From assembly GCA_963776245.1 (NCBI GenBank), contig CAVZLN010000008.1, positions 352,001-416,000 of the forward strand: a DNA stretch of 64,000 nt. The letters run 5' to 3'. Positions 1 to 10,802 of this stretch are shown here, in pieces. The position numbers were made by a program, and so were the translations under genes. Within the stretch, counting starts at the first letter, position 1. Every line of letters starts with the position of its first letter. Under the pieces are notes generated by a model, which saw only the letters and a program-made list of their open reading frames with translations, was not told the origin of the DNA and ran no database searches. The DNA is from Candidatus Eiseniibacteriota bacterium (GTDB taxonomy: Bacteria; Eisenbacteria; RBG-16-71-46).

Positions 1-40
1 TTCCGGTTGCTGTGGATGTGCTGCGAAGCGCCTTCGAACG

Positions 41-70
41 CCGCCAGGTCGACCTGGCGGTTTTCTTGTT
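41..70 (+). terminator. Intrinsic terminator-like hairpin upstream of csp
   Basis: Perfect inverted repeat CCGCCAGG-TCGA-CCTGGCGG followed by TTTTCTTGTT. Confidence 0.7.
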
Positions 71-186
71 AGGTCTCGCAGTCCTTCCCGGACGGGGACA
101 TCCGGTCAAGGTGACCGGTCCGCAGCCGTCGCGTATGGGCGGCACATCACGGGACCTGCGGGTCCTGGCAATCCAAGGAGTATGCA

Positions 187-387
187 GTGGCGATCGGAAC
201 CGTGAAGTGGTTCAACGAGGCGAAGGGTTTCGGCTTCATCTCCCAGGCGGACGGCGAGGACGTGTTCGTGCATTTCTCGACCATCCAGGGTGACGGCTTC
301 AAGACCCTCGCAGAGGGCGAGAAGGTGGAGTTCGACGTGACCCGCGGGCCGAAGGGCCTGCAGGCGGCGAACGTCCGCAAGGCGTAG
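187..387 (+). CDS. cspA: Cold-shock protein (CspA family)
   Basis: 66 aa; GTVKWFN, RNP1 KGFGFI, RNP2 DVFVHF; SD AAGGAG at 175-180. Confidence 0.97.
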   Translation: MAIGTVKWFNEAKGFGFISQADGEDVFVHFSTIQGDGFKTLAEGEKVEFDVTRGPKGLQAANVRKA

Positions 388-418
388 GCCCGCCTCGGGT
401 ACCGCCTCACATCGCGAG

Positions 419-447
419 GGCGGCAGGCAACCTGGCCTGCCGCCTTT
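419..447 (+). terminator. Hairpin/terminator between csp and the helicase
   Basis: GGCGGCAGGC-aacctg-GCCTGCCGCC then TTT. Confidence 0.6.
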
Positions 448-553
448 CGCACATCGAGCGCGCGAACATCGCGCCTCCGCATCATCCGCCGCCGGGCCCG
501 CGCGATCGCGCGCCTTCCCCGCGGCCCTACCCATCGCAGCACCAGGAGACCTC

Positions 554-1956
554 ATGCCGTTCTCGTCCCTCGGGCTCCCCGCGTCCATCGTCAAGGGCGT
601 GCGCGCCGCTGGCTACACGCGAGCCCATGCCCATCCAGAAACGCGCCATCCCCCTCATCCTCGAAGGCCGCGACGTCGTCGGCGCCGCCCAGACCGGCAC
701 CGGCAAGACCGCCGCGTTCGTGCTCCCGATCCTCGCCCGGCTGCTCGAGGGCCCGCGCCGGCTGCGCGCGCTGGTGCTCTCGCCCACGCGCGAGCTCGCC
801 GCCCAGGTCGAGACCAACGCCCGCGACTACGCGCGCTTCACCGACCTGCGCGTCGGCGTGGTGTTCGGCGGCGTGCCCGATCGGCCCGCAGGAGCGCATG
901 CTCCGCAACAGGGCGTGGAGCTGCTGGTCGCCACCCCGGGCCGCCTGCTCGACCTGCACGGCCGCCAGAGCGTCGCGCTCGACGAGGTCGAGATCCTGGT
1001 GCTCGACGAGGCCGACCGCATGGTGGACATGGGCTTCGCGCCCGACCTCGGCCGCATCCTGCGGCTGCTGCCCGAGAAGCGCCAGACGCTGATGTTCAGC
1101 GCCACCATGCCGCCCGACCTCAACAAGGTGGCGAGCCAGGCGCTGGTGGATCCGGTGCGCATCGATCTGGCGCCGCCGAGCCGGCCCGCTGCGGGCATCA
1201 CGCAGGCGGTCTACCCGGTGCCGCGCCATCTCAAGACCGACCTGCTCGACGATCCTGCTGTCCAAGGACGAGGTCGGCAGCGTGATCGTGTTCGCGCGCA
1301 CCAAGCACGGCGCCGACCGGCTGGCGCGCCAGCTCCAGCGGCGCGGGCACATCGGTGGCGGCGCTGCACGGCGACCGCACCCAGAGCCAGCGCGAGCGCG
1401 CGCTCTCCGACCTGCGGCGCGGCCGCGTGCAGGTGCTGGTGGCGACCGACATCGCGTCGCGCGGCCTCGACGTCGAGGGCATCTCGCACGTCATCAACTT
1501 CGACGTGCCGCGCGGCGCCCGAGGACTACGTGCACCGCATCGGCCGCACCGGGCGCGTGGACGCGGTGGGCGACGCGTTCACGCTCATGGGCCCCGAGGA
1601 GCAGAAGGACCTGGTGGCCATCGAGCGCTTCCTCGGCAAGAGCCATCCCGCGCGTGCTGCTGCCCGACTTCGACTACAAGCGCCGCGCCGAGCCCCAGCC
1701 CGACCGCGAGCATGAGCCGGCGCGCGTCCGCCGCACGCCGGCGCCGCGCCCGCAGGTGCGCCGCGTCGAGATCATGCGCCCGCCGGGGACCCGGCCGGCC
1801 CACACCCCCGGCGGGCCCTCACTGGCGCCGGCCGCGCCGCGCGCGGAGTCGCCGCGGGCCGCCGCTCCCGGACAGCCGCGGAGCGGCGCCATGGACGACG
1901 TGCACGGGCGCCGCAAGCGCATGGTGCCCCCGGGCAAGGACCGCCGCCGCCGGTGA
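554..1956 (+). CDS. rhlE: DEAD-box RNA helicase (RhlE-like), split by several apparent indel errors
   Basis: Q motif (FSSLGL...PIQ), [46 protein letters not shown] distributed over frames; basic C-terminal tail. Confidence 0.9.
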
Positions 1957-1995
1957 GCCCTGGCGCGCCGCGCGTCGGTCGCGCGCGGCGCGCGC

Positions 1996-2415
1996 TCACA
2001 GGTCGAGCACCACGCGGCAGCGGCAGTCGGGCGGCGCGAGCGCGAGTTCGAGCGCGTGGTGGGACACCGCCTTGATCTCGCGCAGGAACACCTGGCGCGC
2101 CGGATCGCGCGGCACGCCTTCGAGCACGGCTTCGAGCGCGCATGCTCCCATCCGCTCGATCCGGCAGGCGGTCCAGGTCGCGCCGCGCAGTTCGGCCTCG
2201 AGCAGCGCGGTGTTGAGCCAGTGCACCAGCAGGTCGGCAGCGTCGTGGCCCTCCACCGACACGCGCGCGGACACACTCGCCGGGCCACCGGGCGGCTCGA
2301 TCACCTGAGCGAGCACCGCCAGCGCCGCGAGCGCATGCAGCCGCTCGGGGGTCTCCGCCCACACCTCGAGCCCGAGGTCCGCGGTGTGATCGAACGTGCG
2401 CCAGCCTTCGCTCAT
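1996..2415 (-). CDS. Archease
   Basis: DHTAD N-terminal motif, EIKAVSHH, C-terminal VVLDL; 139 aa. Confidence 0.9.
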   Translation of the reverse strand: MSEGWRTFDHTADLGLEVWAETPERLHALAALAVLAQVIEPPGGPASVSARVSVEGHDAADLLVHWLNTALLEAELRGATWTACRIERMGACALEAVLEGVPRDPARQVFLREIKAVSHHALELALAPPDCRCRVVLDL

Positions 2416-2446
2416 GGGCCGGAGGATAGCCGAGCGCGGCGGCGCG

Positions 2447-3136
2447 CTACAGCATCTCGCGGCTGCGCAGGCTCACCACGCCGCGCGCCGCGACGATGAC
2501 GTGGTCGAGCACCCCGATCCCCACCATCTCGCCCACCTGCACCAGGCGCTTGGTGATGCTCAGGTCCTCTTCGCTGGGCTCGGGATCGCCGCTGGGATGG
2601 TTGTGCACCAGGATCACGCTCGCGGCCGAGTGCGTGATGGCGGGCAGGAACACCTCCCGCGGGTGCACGATCGAGGCGTTGAGGCTGCCCACGGAGACGG
2701 TCTCGCGCGCCTGCATCTCGTGGCGCGCGTTGAGCAGGAGCACGACGAAATGCTCCTTGCGCGCGCGCGCCAGATCGCGCACCTGCGCCAGCACGTCGTC
2801 CGGTCCGCGGATGGCGGGGCTGGTCAGCGGCCGCTCGGTGGCGCGGCGGCCGAGCTCGAACGCCGCCGCGAGCGCCGCCGCGCGCGCCGGGCCGATGCCC
2901 GGCACCAGCATCCAGCGCGCGCTCGACCAGGTGGCCAGTTCGGCCGGCGCGCGCCGTGCCAGCGCGCGCCCGATGCGCGAAGCGCTGCGACCGGGAGTGC
3001 CCGAACCGAGCACCAGCGCGAGCAGGTCGGCGTCGGCCAGCGTGGCGGGCCCGTGGGCGCGCAGACGCTCGCGGGCGCGCGGGGGCGGGGTGGGCAGGGC
3101 GGTGGCGGGCGTTTCGCGTGGGATCTCGGGTCGCAT
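2447..3136 (-). CDS. radC: RadC-family JAB domain protein
   Basis: RERL..HG..TLADADLLALVL, HhH VPGIGPARA, VHPREVF, HNHPSGDPEPSEED, LDHVI. Confidence 0.93.
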   Translation of the reverse strand: MRPEIPRETPATALPTPPPRARERLRAHGPATLADADLLALVLGSGTPGRSASRIGRALARRAPAELATWSSARWMLVPGIGPARAAALAAAFELGRRATERPLTSPAIRGPDDVLAQVRDLARARKEHFVVLLLNARHEMQARETVSVGSLNASIVHPREVFLPAITHSAASVILVHNHPSGDPEPSEEDLSITKRLVQVGEMVGIGVLDHVIVAARGVVSLRSREML

Positions 3137-3303
3137 CGATGGCTCGCGGGGGCGAGACGAGGGGGCGGGACGGCGGCCGGCATGGCGCGGGCGACCGGGG
3201 TGGCGCGGGGTGACGCGTTGAGAGGGCAGGCGGTCTCTGCGATAATCCCTCCTCGGTTCCCATCCGACCCCGCCGCGCGACACGATCTCCACGAGAGGAC
3301 TGC

Positions 3304-4227
3304 ATGCGACGTGCCATCCAGGGTATCGCCGGGGCGCTGCTCGCGCTCGCCCTGCTCCCGGCGGCGGCGCTTCCCCAGGGCGTCCAGTTGAAGACCGTCA
3401 ACGCGATCGGGCTGCTCGACTACGGGCGCCCCCCGACCTTCAAGACCGGCCAGTGGGTCAAGTACCGCATGATCGGCCAGAGCGCGAACGGCACCGTCGA
3501 TGACTACTTCGTGACCATCGCCATCGTCGGGGAGGAGCGCTTCTGGGGCGAGGAGTGCTTCTGGATCCAGACCGTCACCGAGCGTGCGAAGGGCTCCCCC
3601 GCGGTGGTGGCGACCCTGATGTCCTACGACATCTTCAAGGACCCGGAGGCGCAGAAGAACCTGCAGTCCTACCAGCGGAAGATGATCGTGGGCCTCGACG
3701 AGGAGGGCCGCCCCGACGTCCAGATCATGAAGCGCCCCCGGGAGAGCCTGCTCCAGCGCGACAGCAAGAAGATCGCGTCGCACGTCTACTTCGACACCCT
3801 GGGCACCGACACAGTGCAGGTGCCGGCCGGCACGTTCGACGTGATCAAGATCCGCATCCGCCAGGGTTCGTCGACCTCTTCGGACACCCCCGACAGCACG
3901 CAGTACACCGAGATGCGCGAGACCCGGGTCGCGTACATGGCGGGGAAGGTCCCGGTCAGCGGACTGGCGCGGGAGGACGTGGACTACCTCCTCCAGCGCA
4001 AGACCTGGCTCATCGGCAAGTCGGGGACGGGCGACATGCTCACGCTCGAGCATGCGACCGGGCGCGCGAACCTGATCGCCTCGGGAACCGGCTACAAGAC
4101 CGACCTGCTGCCTCCCGAGTGGCAGCACGACCTCGACGCGGTCACCCTGCCGCCGGCCGCGTCCGCCCCGGCCCCGAGGCTCTCGCCGGTCAAACGCGCC
4201 GCCCGGCCCCGACCACCCAGACGCTGA
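3304..4227 (+). CDS. Secreted hypothetical protein (VQVPAGTF motif, possibly DUF3108/LolA-like beta fold)
   Basis: Signal peptide, typical codon bias, SD GAGAGG; no firm family recognised. Confidence 0.75.
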   Translation: MRRAIQGIAGALLALALLPAAALPQGVQLKTVNAIGLLDYGRPPTFKTGQWVKYRMIGQSANGTVDDYFVTIAIVGEERFWGEECFWIQTVTERAKGSPAVVATLMSYDIFKDPEAQKNLQSYQRKMIVGLDEEGRPDVQIMKRPRESLLQRDSKKIASHVYFDTLGTDTVQVPAGTFDVIKIRIRQGSSTSSDTPDSTQYTEMRETRVAYMAGKVPVSGLAREDVDYLLQRKTWLIGKSGTGDMLTLEHATGRANLIASGTGYKTDLLPPEWQHDLDAVTLPPAASAPAPRLSPVKRAARPRPPRR

Positions 4228-4306
4228 GGGGTTCGCCGCTGACGCGGTGAGGGCGCCCCGCCCCGGCGGGACGCCCTCACGCGTGTCTCCGGGCTGCCGG
4301 GCGGGC

Positions 4307-5206
4307 CTACGCGAACAGCCCGCGCGCGAACGCCTCGGGGTCGAACGGCTCCCAGTCCTCGATCCCCTCGCCCAGCCCGACCACGCTGATGGGCAGGCCC
4401 AGCTGGTCGGCGATGGCGAGCACCGCGCCGCCGCGTGCGGTGCCGTCGAGCTTGGTGAGCGCCACGCTGGTGACCGCGACCGCGCGCTGGAACTCGCGGG
4501 CCTGGGCCAGGCCGTTCTGCCCCAGCGTGGCGTCCAGCACCAGCAGCACGTGGTGCGGCGCCCCCGGCACGACGCGCTCGCACACGCGCTTCATCTTCTC
4601 GAGCTCGGCCATCAGGTTGTGGCGCGTGTGAAGGCGGCCCGCGGTGTCCACCAGCACCGCCGCGGTGCCGCGCCGCAGCGCGGCGGCGAGCCCGTCGTGC
4701 ACCACCGCGGCCGGATCGGAGCCATCGCGCGCGCGGACCAGTTCCACCCCGGCACGCTGCGCCCACACCGCGAGCTGATCGACGGCCGCGGCGCGGAACG
4801 TGTCGGCGGCGACCAGCAGGGTCGGGCTCCCGTCGCGCGTGAAGCGCGCCGCGAGCTTGCCCGCCAGCGTGGTCTTCCCGACGCCGTTCACGCCCACCAG
4901 CAGCGCGACCCACGGACGCTCGGGGCCGGGACTGAAGTGCGCGCGGGTGGCGCCCACCATCGCGGCCGCCGCGCGCTCGAGGGCGTGGCGCAGGTCGAGC
5001 GCCGCGTCCGCGCGCATCAGGACCTCGGCGTGCTCGAGCAGGCGCTCGGCGGTCCGCGGCCCGGCGTCGGCAGCCAGCAGCGCCTCCTCGAGCGCGGCGC
5101 GCGTGGCGGGATCCACGCTGCGGCGGCCGAGCAGCTCGCCGACGCTCGATTCGAGGCCTTCGCGGGTGCGGCTGAGGCCCTGCCGGAGGCGGTCCCAGAG
5201 GCTCAT
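4307..5206 (-). CDS. ftsY: Signal recognition particle receptor FtsY (short, NG domain only)
   Basis: RLRQGLSRTR, GVNGVGKTTT-like P-loop, DTFRAAA, DTAGRLHT, TKLDGTARGG. Confidence 0.96.
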   Translation of the reverse strand: MSLWDRLRQGLSRTREGLESSVGELLGRRSVDPATRAALEEALLAADAGPRTAERLLEHAEVLMRADAALDLRHALERAAAAMVGATRAHFSPGPERPWVALLVGVNGVGKTTLAGKLAARFTRDGSPTLLVAADTFRAAAVDQLAVWAQRAGVELVRARDGSDPAAVVHDGLAAALRRGTAAVLVDTAGRLHTRHNLMAELEKMKRVCERVVPGAPHHVLLVLDATLGQNGLAQAREFQRAVAVTSVALTKLDGTARGGAVLAIADQLGLPISVVGLGEGIEDWEPFDPEAFARGLFA

Positions 5207-5273
5207 GGCGCCCACCGGCCGGGCGTGCCGCGTCCCCCGGCCCGCGCCGGCGCGCGCGGCGAGCGCGGGCCGC

Positions 5274-8200
5274 TCATCCCCGGTCGGCGGTGGCGACGAG
5301 CTCGCGGTGGCCGGGGCTCGACGCGTCCTGCCCGTCGAAGCGCACTGAGACCAGCTTGGAGACACCCAGCTCCTGCATGGTCACGCCGTAGAGGCAGCGG
5401 GCGGACTCCATCGTCTTCTTGTTGTGCGTGATGACCACGAACTGGGTCTTGTCGCTGAAGCGGTCGAGCATGCGCAGGAAGCGCTCCACGTTGGCATCGT
5501 CGAGCGGCGCGTCCACCTCGTCGAGCAGGCAGAACGGCGACGGCTTCACCAGGTAGATCGCGAACAGCAGCGCGATGGCGGTGAGCGCCCGCTCCCCGCC
5601 CGACATCAGGCTGATGCTCTGCAGGTGCTTGCCGCGCGGCTTGGCCGCGATCTCGATCTCGCACTCGAGCGGGTCCTCGCCCACCATGCGCAGCTCGCAA
5701 TCCCCGCCCTCGAAGAGGGTCTTGAAGATGTCGCGGAAGTGCCCCTGCACCTTCGAGAAGGTGTCGCGGAACAACTCGCTGGCGGTGACGTTGATCTTCT
5801 CGATCGCCTCGAGCAGCTGGGTCCGCGCGCTGGTGAGGTCGAGCCGCTGCTGCACCAGGAAGGTGTAGCGCTCCTTCTTCTTGGAGTATTCCTCGAGCGC
5901 CAGCAGATTCACCACGCCCAGTCCGCGGAAGCGCTCGCGCGACTCCGCGAGCCGCTTCGACGCCTCCTCGGGGTCCCAGCCCTCGGCGGGGGCCGCGGGC
6001 GTCCACTGCGCGGGGTCCATCTGGTACTCGGTGCGCAGGCGCTCGAACGTGAGCTCGAGCTCCTGGTGGGTCTGGATGCGGCTGAGCTCGAGCTGGTGGA
6101 GCAGCTCGGCCAGCTCCGTCTGCTCGAAGCGCCGCTGGCGCGTGAGGGTCTCGCCGGCGGCGACCTCCTCCTTGAGCGCGCCCATGCGCCGTTGCAGCTC
6201 GACCACGCGCTCGCGCTGGCTCGCCTCCGACTCGAGCAGGCCGGTGAGGCCCGCGGAGAGCCCCGTGACCTCGGCCTCGATGGACGCCACCTGCTGGCGC
6301 GCGTCGCGCTCGTCGGTGGCGCGCGACTCGAGCCCGGCTTCGAGCTCGCGCCGCGTCTGTTCGGCCCGCGCCCACTGCGCCTCGTGCTCGCCCGCGTCGC
6401 GCGAGAGCCGCAGCAGCCCTTCGCGCCCGGCGGCCGCATTCTGGGCGGCCTCCTCGCGCCGGGCCTCGAGCGCGCTGACGGCGCCATCGAGCTCGGCCAG
6501 CTCCGCGCGCGCCCGGCCGAGCTGGTTCTGGAACGCGGCCAGATCCTCCTCGGCCTGCCGGAGCGCGTGCGCCAGGGTCTCGAGCTCGGCCTCGATGCCC
6601 TCGATCTCGCGGCCGCGCTCGCCGGACTCGGTCTCGGCCCACTTCGCCTCGCGCCCGGCGGCGTCGATCTCGCGCGCCAGCTTCTCGATGGCATCGCGAC
6701 GCGCGTCCACCTCGGCCTGCGCGGCCGCGCGGCGACCGACCGCCTGCCCGCGCCGCGCCTCGATGCCGGCGCGCTCGCCCTCGAGGCCCTCGATGCCGAG
6801 CGACAGTTCGGCGACCTGCCCGCTCAGCTCGCGGATCTGCATCTCGCGGTGGAGCAGCCCCGAGAGGTTGCGCAGCGAGCCGGCGCGCACCCGGCCGCGC
6901 TCCCACACCTCGCCGTCGAGACTCACGAAGCGCAGCCCGCCCTCGGAGTGCGCGGCCAGCCGGGACGCGGTGGCGCGGTCCTCGACCACGATGACGCTCC
7001 CGAGCAGGCGGTCCACCAGCGCGCGGTGGCGGGAGTCGCAGCGCACCAGGTCGGACGCGCGCCCGAGCACTCCGGGCTCGGCCGGCGTCGGGTGCGGGGT
7101 GTGCGCGCCGATCGACGACACGTCGATGAGGGTGGCCCGTCCGCTCTCGAGGTGGCGCAGACGGCCGAGCGCGCCCTCGAGCGCCGCGTGACTCTCGACC
7201 AGCACGAACGCCGACGCCTCGCCCAGCGAGGCCTCGAGCGCGTCGAGGTACTTCTGCGGCACCTCGAGGACATCGGCGATCATGCCGATCACGCCCGCGG
7301 GCTTCTCGCCGCCCTCGAACAGCGCCTTCACGCCCTCGGACACGCCTTCGAAATTGCGCTTGAGATCGAGCAGCGTGGAGAGCCGCGATTCCGCGGCAGC
7401 CTGGTCTTCGCGGCGCCGCGCGAGCGCGGCCTCGGCCTCGCGCGCTTCGGCGGCGAGCGCCTCGAGCATGCGCTCGACCTCGCCGTGGGCCAGCACCGCC
7501 TGGTCGAGCGCGGCCTCGAGCTCCGCGCGCCGGCCTTCACCGGCGGCCAGCACGCGCCCCAGCTCGCCGAGCCGCGCGTCGATCTCGGCACGGCGCCCGC
7601 GGGCCACCTCGAGGCGCTCCGCGAGCGCGGTCTGGCGCTCGCGCACGCGCTCGCAGGTGCCGCGTTTGTCCGCCTCCGCCGAGAACAGCTCGAGCGAGAG
7701 CTGCTTGTGGTCGGCGGCGATCAGGCGGCGCTGGCGCAGCTCCGATTCGACCGCGCCCAGCGCCTGTTCCCCCGCCTCGGCGTCGGCCTGCGCGGTGCCG
7801 AGCGCGGCGCGCAGCTCGGCGAGGCGCGACTGCGAGTCCCGCTCGCGCGCGCTCACCTCGGTGAGGCGCTCGCGCATGCGCCCGCTCTCGGCCGCGTCCT
7901 CGTCGGCCCGCCGCAGCAGGCCGGCCGAGCGCTCGCGCAGCAGCACCACCTGGTGCTCGGCGCGCGTGCGCGCCTCCTCGCGGTCGTGCAGCCCGCCCTG
8001 CGCCGTGGTCAGCTCGCGCTCGACCTCGAGCAGGGCGAGCTTGCCGGTCGTTGAGCGCGGCCTCGAGCCGGTCCAGATCCGCGGCGACCCCCTCGCGGCG
8101 CACCGCCTCCTCCTGCCACTGCTCCTTGGACTCGGCCTCCTTGCGCTGCAGCTCCTGCACGCGGCCCGCGGTGAGCGCCAGGTCGAGGTCGCGGATCTCG

Positions 8201-8859
8201 TCGCGCAGGCGCTGGTACCGCCGCGCCTTGCCCACCTGGCGCGCCAGCGAGCGCAGTTCGCGCTCGATCTCGAACACGATGTCGTTGAGGCGCGTGAGGT
8301 CGGTCTCGGTGGCGTCGAGCTTGTTGAGCGCCTCCTTCTTGCGCGACTTGTACTTGGTGATCCCCGACGCCTCCTCGAACAGGAACCGGCGATGGCCGGA
8401 GTTGTCGGAGAGCACGTGGTCCACCATCGAGCGCTCGATCACCGAGTAGGCATGGCTGCCCATGCCGGTGTCGGAGAACAGGTCGCGGATGTCCTTGAGG
8501 CGGCACGGGGCCTTGTTGAGGAAGTACTCGCTCATCCCCGAGCGGAACACGCGGCGCGAGATCGTGACCTCGGAGAACTCCGTCGGCAGGATGCCGCGGT
8601 CGTTCTTGAACGTGAGGTGCACCTCGGCCAGATTGAGCGGCTTGCGCGACGGGCACCCGTTGAAGATCACGTCCTCCATCGAGTCGCCGCGCAATTGCTT
8701 CGCGCTCTGTTCGCCCATCACCCAGCGGATGGCGTCCGAGACGTTGGTCTTGCCGCAACCATTCGGACCGATGACCCCGGTGATGCCTTCCCCGAAGGAC
8801 AGCGAGGTCTTGTCGACGAACGACTTGAATCCCTGGAGTTCGAGCCGGTTCAGAAACAT
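5274..8859 (-). CDS. smc: Chromosome segregation protein SMC, one apparent indel near 8045
   Basis: LQGFKSF, GPNGCGKTN, coiled coils, hinge, signature MSGGERAL, LLDEVDAPLD, ITH. Confidence 0.95.
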
Positions 8860-9121
8860 CCGTGTCCCCTCTCGCGTGCTCCCCGCGGGGAGCCGGACCG
8901 CGGGTGCGACCGAGATCGCTCGTTGCCGAGACGTCGGTGTGGTGCGGGTTGCGCGTGCGCTGTCTCAGTGGCGGACCGGAGACCCCCGGCGGGGCCATTC
9001 CGCCGTCAAGATGCACAATCCCTGCGTCTTGACGGACCCCCGGGTCCGAGCGTCGGCCGTGCTGCCTGTGACCCGTGAAGTTAGCGGCCGCGCGCGCGGG
9101 GGTCAATGACTGGTTGCGCCC

Positions 9122-10540
9122 TCAGCCCCCGGAGCCCCACGCCTTGCCGAGCGCGGTGGCGGCCATGCCGACCTCGCTCTCGGTGAGCGTGCGCACGTCG
9201 AGGCGGAAGCGACGGGCGCGGATGGTGCCGATGACCGCGGGCTCGGCGGCGCGCGCCCGCGCTTCGAGCGCGAAGGCGTCGAGCGCCGGGTGGGCGATCT
9301 CGACCACGAAGCCGGGCAGCCGCTGGAGCGGCAGCGCGCCCCCGCCCACCTCGCCGTCACCCTTCGCCACCTGCGCGGTGAGCCCGGGAACGCGTGCGGC
9401 CAGCTCGTGGGCCAGCCGCAGCGCGCGCTCCTCGAGCGCCCCGGGGTCCGCGCCCAGCATGACCAGCGTGGGGATCTCGCGCAGCGCCCGCGCGGGATCG
9501 GCGTAGAGCGGCAGCGTGGCCTCGAGCGCCGCGAGCGCCAGCTTGTCGAGGCGCAGCGCGCGCGCCATCGGGTCCTTGCGGATACGCTCGACCCACTTGC
9601 GCCCTCCCAGGATCAGCCCGGCCTGCGCGCCTCCGAGCACCTTGTCCCCCGAGAACGTCACCACGTCAGCGCCGGCGGCGAGGCTCTCGGCCACGGTCGG
9701 CTCGTGCTCGAGCCCGAACGCGGCGAGATCCACCAGCGCGCCACTGCCGAGGTCCTCGAGGAACGGGATGCGGTGCCGTCGCGCCAGCTTCGCCAGCTCG
9801 CGCGGATCGGGCTGCGCGGTGAAGCCCTGGACGCGGAAATTGCTGCGATGCACGCGCAGGATGGCGGCCACTCCCGGGTGCTTCGCCAGCGCGCGCTCGT
9901 AGTCGCGCAGGTGCGTGCGGTTGGTGGTGCCCACCTCGACCAGCGTGGCGCCGCTCTTCTCCATGATGTCGGGGATCCGGAACGAGCCCCCGATCTCCAC
10001 CAGCTCGCCGCGCGAGACCACGACCTGGCCGCCCGCGGCGAGCGCCGAGAGCGTCACCAGCAGGGCGCCCGCGCCGTTGTTCATCACCGCCGCGGCCTCG
10101 GCGCCGGTGAGACGCGTCAGCCAGCGCTCCACCCCCAGCCCGCGCTCGCCGCGCCGGCCGGTGGCGAGATCGAATTCGAGGCTGGCGTAGCCCGCGGCGA
10201 CCTCCGCCACCGCGCGGCGCGCCCGCTCCGAGAGCGGGGCACGGCCGAGATTGGTGTGGAGCACGATGCCGGTGGCATTGAGCACGCGCCGCAGCAGGGG
10301 CCGGGCCTGCGCCCGGGCGTGGGCGGCGGCGAGCGTGGCGAGCGTCGCGGCGCTCTCGGGCGCCGCGCCCCGGCGAAGCGCCGCGCGCGCGGCGGCGATC
10401 ACCGCGCGCACCGCCTCCACCACGAGCGGGCGCGGGAGCGCCGTCAGCGCCTCGGCGAGCGCCTCGTGGCGGAGCACGGTCTCGACCGCGGGCAGGGAAC
10501 GCAGCGCGGGCGTCGGACGCGAAGCCGGGCGAGGGGTCAA
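9122..10540 (-). CDS. selA: L-seryl-tRNA(Sec) selenium transferase
   Basis: NATGIVLHTNLGRAPL, SRGELVEIGGSFRIP, EVGTTNRT, FSGDK(PLP Lys)VLGG. Confidence 0.96.
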   Translation of the reverse strand: MTPRPASRPTPALRSLPAVETVLRHEALAEALTALPRPLVVEAVRAVIAAARAALRRGAAPESAATLATLAAAHARAQARPLLRRVLNATGIVLHTNLGRAPLSERARRAVAEVAAGYASLEFDLATGRRGERGLGVERWLTRLTGAEAAAVMNNGAGALLVTLSALAAGGQVVVSRGELVEIGGSFRIPDIMEKSGATLVEVGTTNRTHLRDYERALAKHPGVAAILRVHRSNFRVQGFTAQPDPRELAKLARRHRIPFLEDLGSGALVDLAAFGLEHEPTVAESLAAGADVVTFSGDKVLGGAQAGLILGGRKWVERIRKDPMARALRLDKLALAALEATLPLYADPARALREIPTLVMLGADPGALEERALRLAHELAARVPGLTAQVAKGDGEVGGGALPLQRLPGFVVEIAHPALDAFALEARARAAEPAVIGTIRARRFRLDVRTLTESEVGMAATALGKAWGSGG

Positions 10541-10802
10541 GGTCCGCTCCTATCGGTGGCTCGGGCGCCGGATCGTGTCCATGGGCCGAGGTTCATAGCA
10601 ACCCGGCAGAGCTTATGCAAGACGGTGGCGAACCACGGCCCGGTGGCCTCCCCGGGGTGCACCCGCGCGGACCCCGCAGGGGTTCCCGGAGCGCATCCGG
10701 TCCACCCCGCTCAGGGGTGCGGATGGCGGAAGAACCGGCCGATAACGGGACCTGAGTCCATTGTCGCCCCCGCAGGGGACCCACCTTCCCGGAGGCCCTC
10801 AT

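Noticed and set aside
554..8859. Frameshifts in the DEAD-box helicase and smc (also the CNNM gene near 58765)
   Set aside because: Same single-base indel pattern, with intact motifs on both sides
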